Of a DNA stretch of 64,000 nt, positions 63,701-64,000 are shown piece by piece. Numbering within the stretch: the stretch's first letter is position 1; every line of letters begins with the position of its first letter. Source of the DNA: Ascidiella aspersa (lineage: Eukaryota); the NCBI GenBank assembly GCA_963924565.1, contig OZ004610.1, positions 31,062,001 through 31,126,000 of the forward strand, given 5' to 3'. Both the position numbers and the translations under genes were made by a program. The notes under the pieces were generated by a model. The model had not been told where the DNA came from. It saw only the letters and a list, made by a program, of their open reading frames with translations, and did no database searches.

Positions 63701-64000
63701 CCATATGGTTACCTGTAGTTGTTTCCCTTGGTGAAACTGTGTTGTTGTATGAGATCACCAGATATATTATTTTTATTATAATTCAGTGTTCATTCCAATA
63801 ATTCTAGTTTACATAAATTTAAAATATCAGCGACCCATATGGTTACCTGTAGTTGCCAACAGAGTTGACGCAAACAGAGTTGGTGATGTTTGCGCACGGC
63901 GAGGTTTCCACGCACTCGTTGACGTCATCACAGCGTGTGTCGTTGGTGGTGTTGGAGCGGTAGCCGGCATTACAGGTGCAGTTGTAGCCGTTGAAGACCG
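50226..64000 (-). CDS. Block A: 3' part of a paralogous mucin-like glycoprotein (EGF array-[FN3-SEA-FN3-Thr-rich repeat]x2), 18 exons, start beyond right edge
   Basis: Phase-consistent exon chain, largely collinear with block B exons 25-39. The 3' end is ambiguous: stop at 50209, exon 49231-49274, or splicing into block B. Confidence 0.85.
50260..51550. repeat. Coding 18-bp minisatellite (about 70 units)
   Basis: (gcggtacctgctgttgtt) variants in tandem. Confidence 0.95.
51822..51929 (-). CDS. A exon: FN3 N-half
   Basis: [23 protein letters not shown]; 108 nt. Confidence 0.85.
52006..52124 (-). CDS. A exon: SEA domain 2, C-part
   Basis: R|[12 protein letters not shown]; 119 nt like 55415-55533. 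Confidence 0.87.
52488..52665 (-). CDS. A exon: SEA domain 2, N-part
   Basis: [21 protein letters not shown]...LTSLR; same 178-nt length as 55804-55981. Confidence 0.87.
53170..53338 (-). CDS. A exon: FN3-like C-half
   Basis: [16 protein letters not shown]; follows a 62-nt intron. Confidence 0.88.
53401..55064 (-). CDS. A exon: FN3 C-half + 28-aa mucin tandem repeat + FN3-like N-half
   Basis: 1664-nt open exon; ([28 protein letters not shown])n; phase 1-0. Confidence 0.9.
53521..54822. repeat. Coding 84-bp minisatellite (about 15.5 units)
   Basis: gctgcagttacg recurs every 84 bp. Confidence 0.95.
55133..55240 (-). CDS. A exon: FN3 N-half
   Basis: [23 protein letters not shown]; phase 1-1. 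Confidence 0.85.
55415..55533 (-). CDS. A exon: SEA domain 1, C-part
   Basis: R|[12 protein letters not shown]; phase 2-1. Confidence 0.85.
55804..55981 (-). CDS. A exon: SEA domain 1, N-part
   Basis: [21 protein letters not shown]...ITLIYLR; phase 1-2. Confidence 0.85.
56506..56689 (-). CDS. A exon: FN3-like C-half
   Basis: [16 protein letters not shown]; phase 0-1. Confidence 0.88.
56972..57081 (-). CDS. A exon: FN3-like N-half
   Basis: [37 protein letters not shown]; phase 1-0. Confidence 0.85.
57420..57450 (+). ncRNA. Minimal hammerhead motif (family 2), inverted partner at 57362-57400
   Basis: CTGATGA-A-GCAC/ggtt/GTGC-GAAA(A/G)CTT-gtc. Confidence 0.65.
57789..58151 (-). CDS. A exon: 3 EGF-Ca
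   Basis: [11 protein letters not shown]...DINEC...DINEC; phase 1-1. Confidence 0.92.
58675..58929 (-). CDS. A exon: 2 EGF-Ca
   Basis: [11 protein letters not shown]...[12 protein letters not shown]; phase 1-1. Confidence 0.92.
59826..59973 (-). CDS. A exon: EGF-Ca
   Basis: [18 protein letters not shown]...; phase 0-1. Confidence 0.9.
60874..61033 (-). CDS. A exon: EGF-Ca
   Basis: [24 protein letters not shown]...GDGT; phase 2-0. Confidence 0.9.
61431..61550 (-). CDS. A exon: EGF-Ca
   Basis: [21 protein letters not shown]...; phase 2-2. Confidence 0.9.
62378..62530 (-). CDS. A exon: EGF-Ca
   Basis: [27 protein letters not shown]...; phase 2-2. Confidence 0.9.
62825..62856 (+). ncRNA. Minimal type-I hammerhead ribozyme motif (family 1)
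   Basis: CTGAAGA-T-GATAC/aagctc/GTATC-GAAAC-GTC; other family copies show an ATTAA/TTAAT stem I. Confidence 0.7.
63847..64000 (-). CDS. A exon (partial): EGF-Ca
   Basis: [13 protein letters not shown]...[27 protein letters not shown]; donor gtaacc. Confidence 0.9.

Noticed and set aside
1-64000. Gene symbol such as MUC4, FBN or SUSD2; autonomous transposon ORF
   Set aside because: Domain order matches none of these exactly and orthology cannot be shown here; no RT, GIY-YIG or transposase ORF is visible.

Overview
AT-rich animal genomic DNA with GT-AG introns. An invertebrate deuterostome such as an ascidian is my guess, but the species cannot be established from the sequence. Almost the whole window is a minus-strand, phase-consistent exon chain for giant MUC4-like extracellular glycoprotein(s), in two paralogous blocks. 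Block A (64000->50226, 18 exons, 5' part outside the window) is an EGF array followed by [FN3-SEA-FN3-Thr-rich tandem repeat] x2. Block B (ATG 48859-><814, 51 exons, about 3258 aa visible, 3' end outside the window) is signal peptide, Ser/Thr mucin, 4 EGF, FN3, 5 EGF, NIDO, AMOP, VWD (GDPH), cadherin-like, 14 EGF, FN3, SEA (GSVV), then 10 or more FN3. A and B are either tandem genes about 0.4-1.3 kb apart or one splice-fused locus. The introns carry hAT-type MITEs, a tRNA-derived SINE, local duplications that often copy splice junctions, and six families of short elements built around minimal hammerhead-ribozyme motifs (Penelope-like), usually inserted as inverted fold-back pairs. Exon coordinates were read by hand and checked for phase; domain calls are from motif recognition, not database searches.
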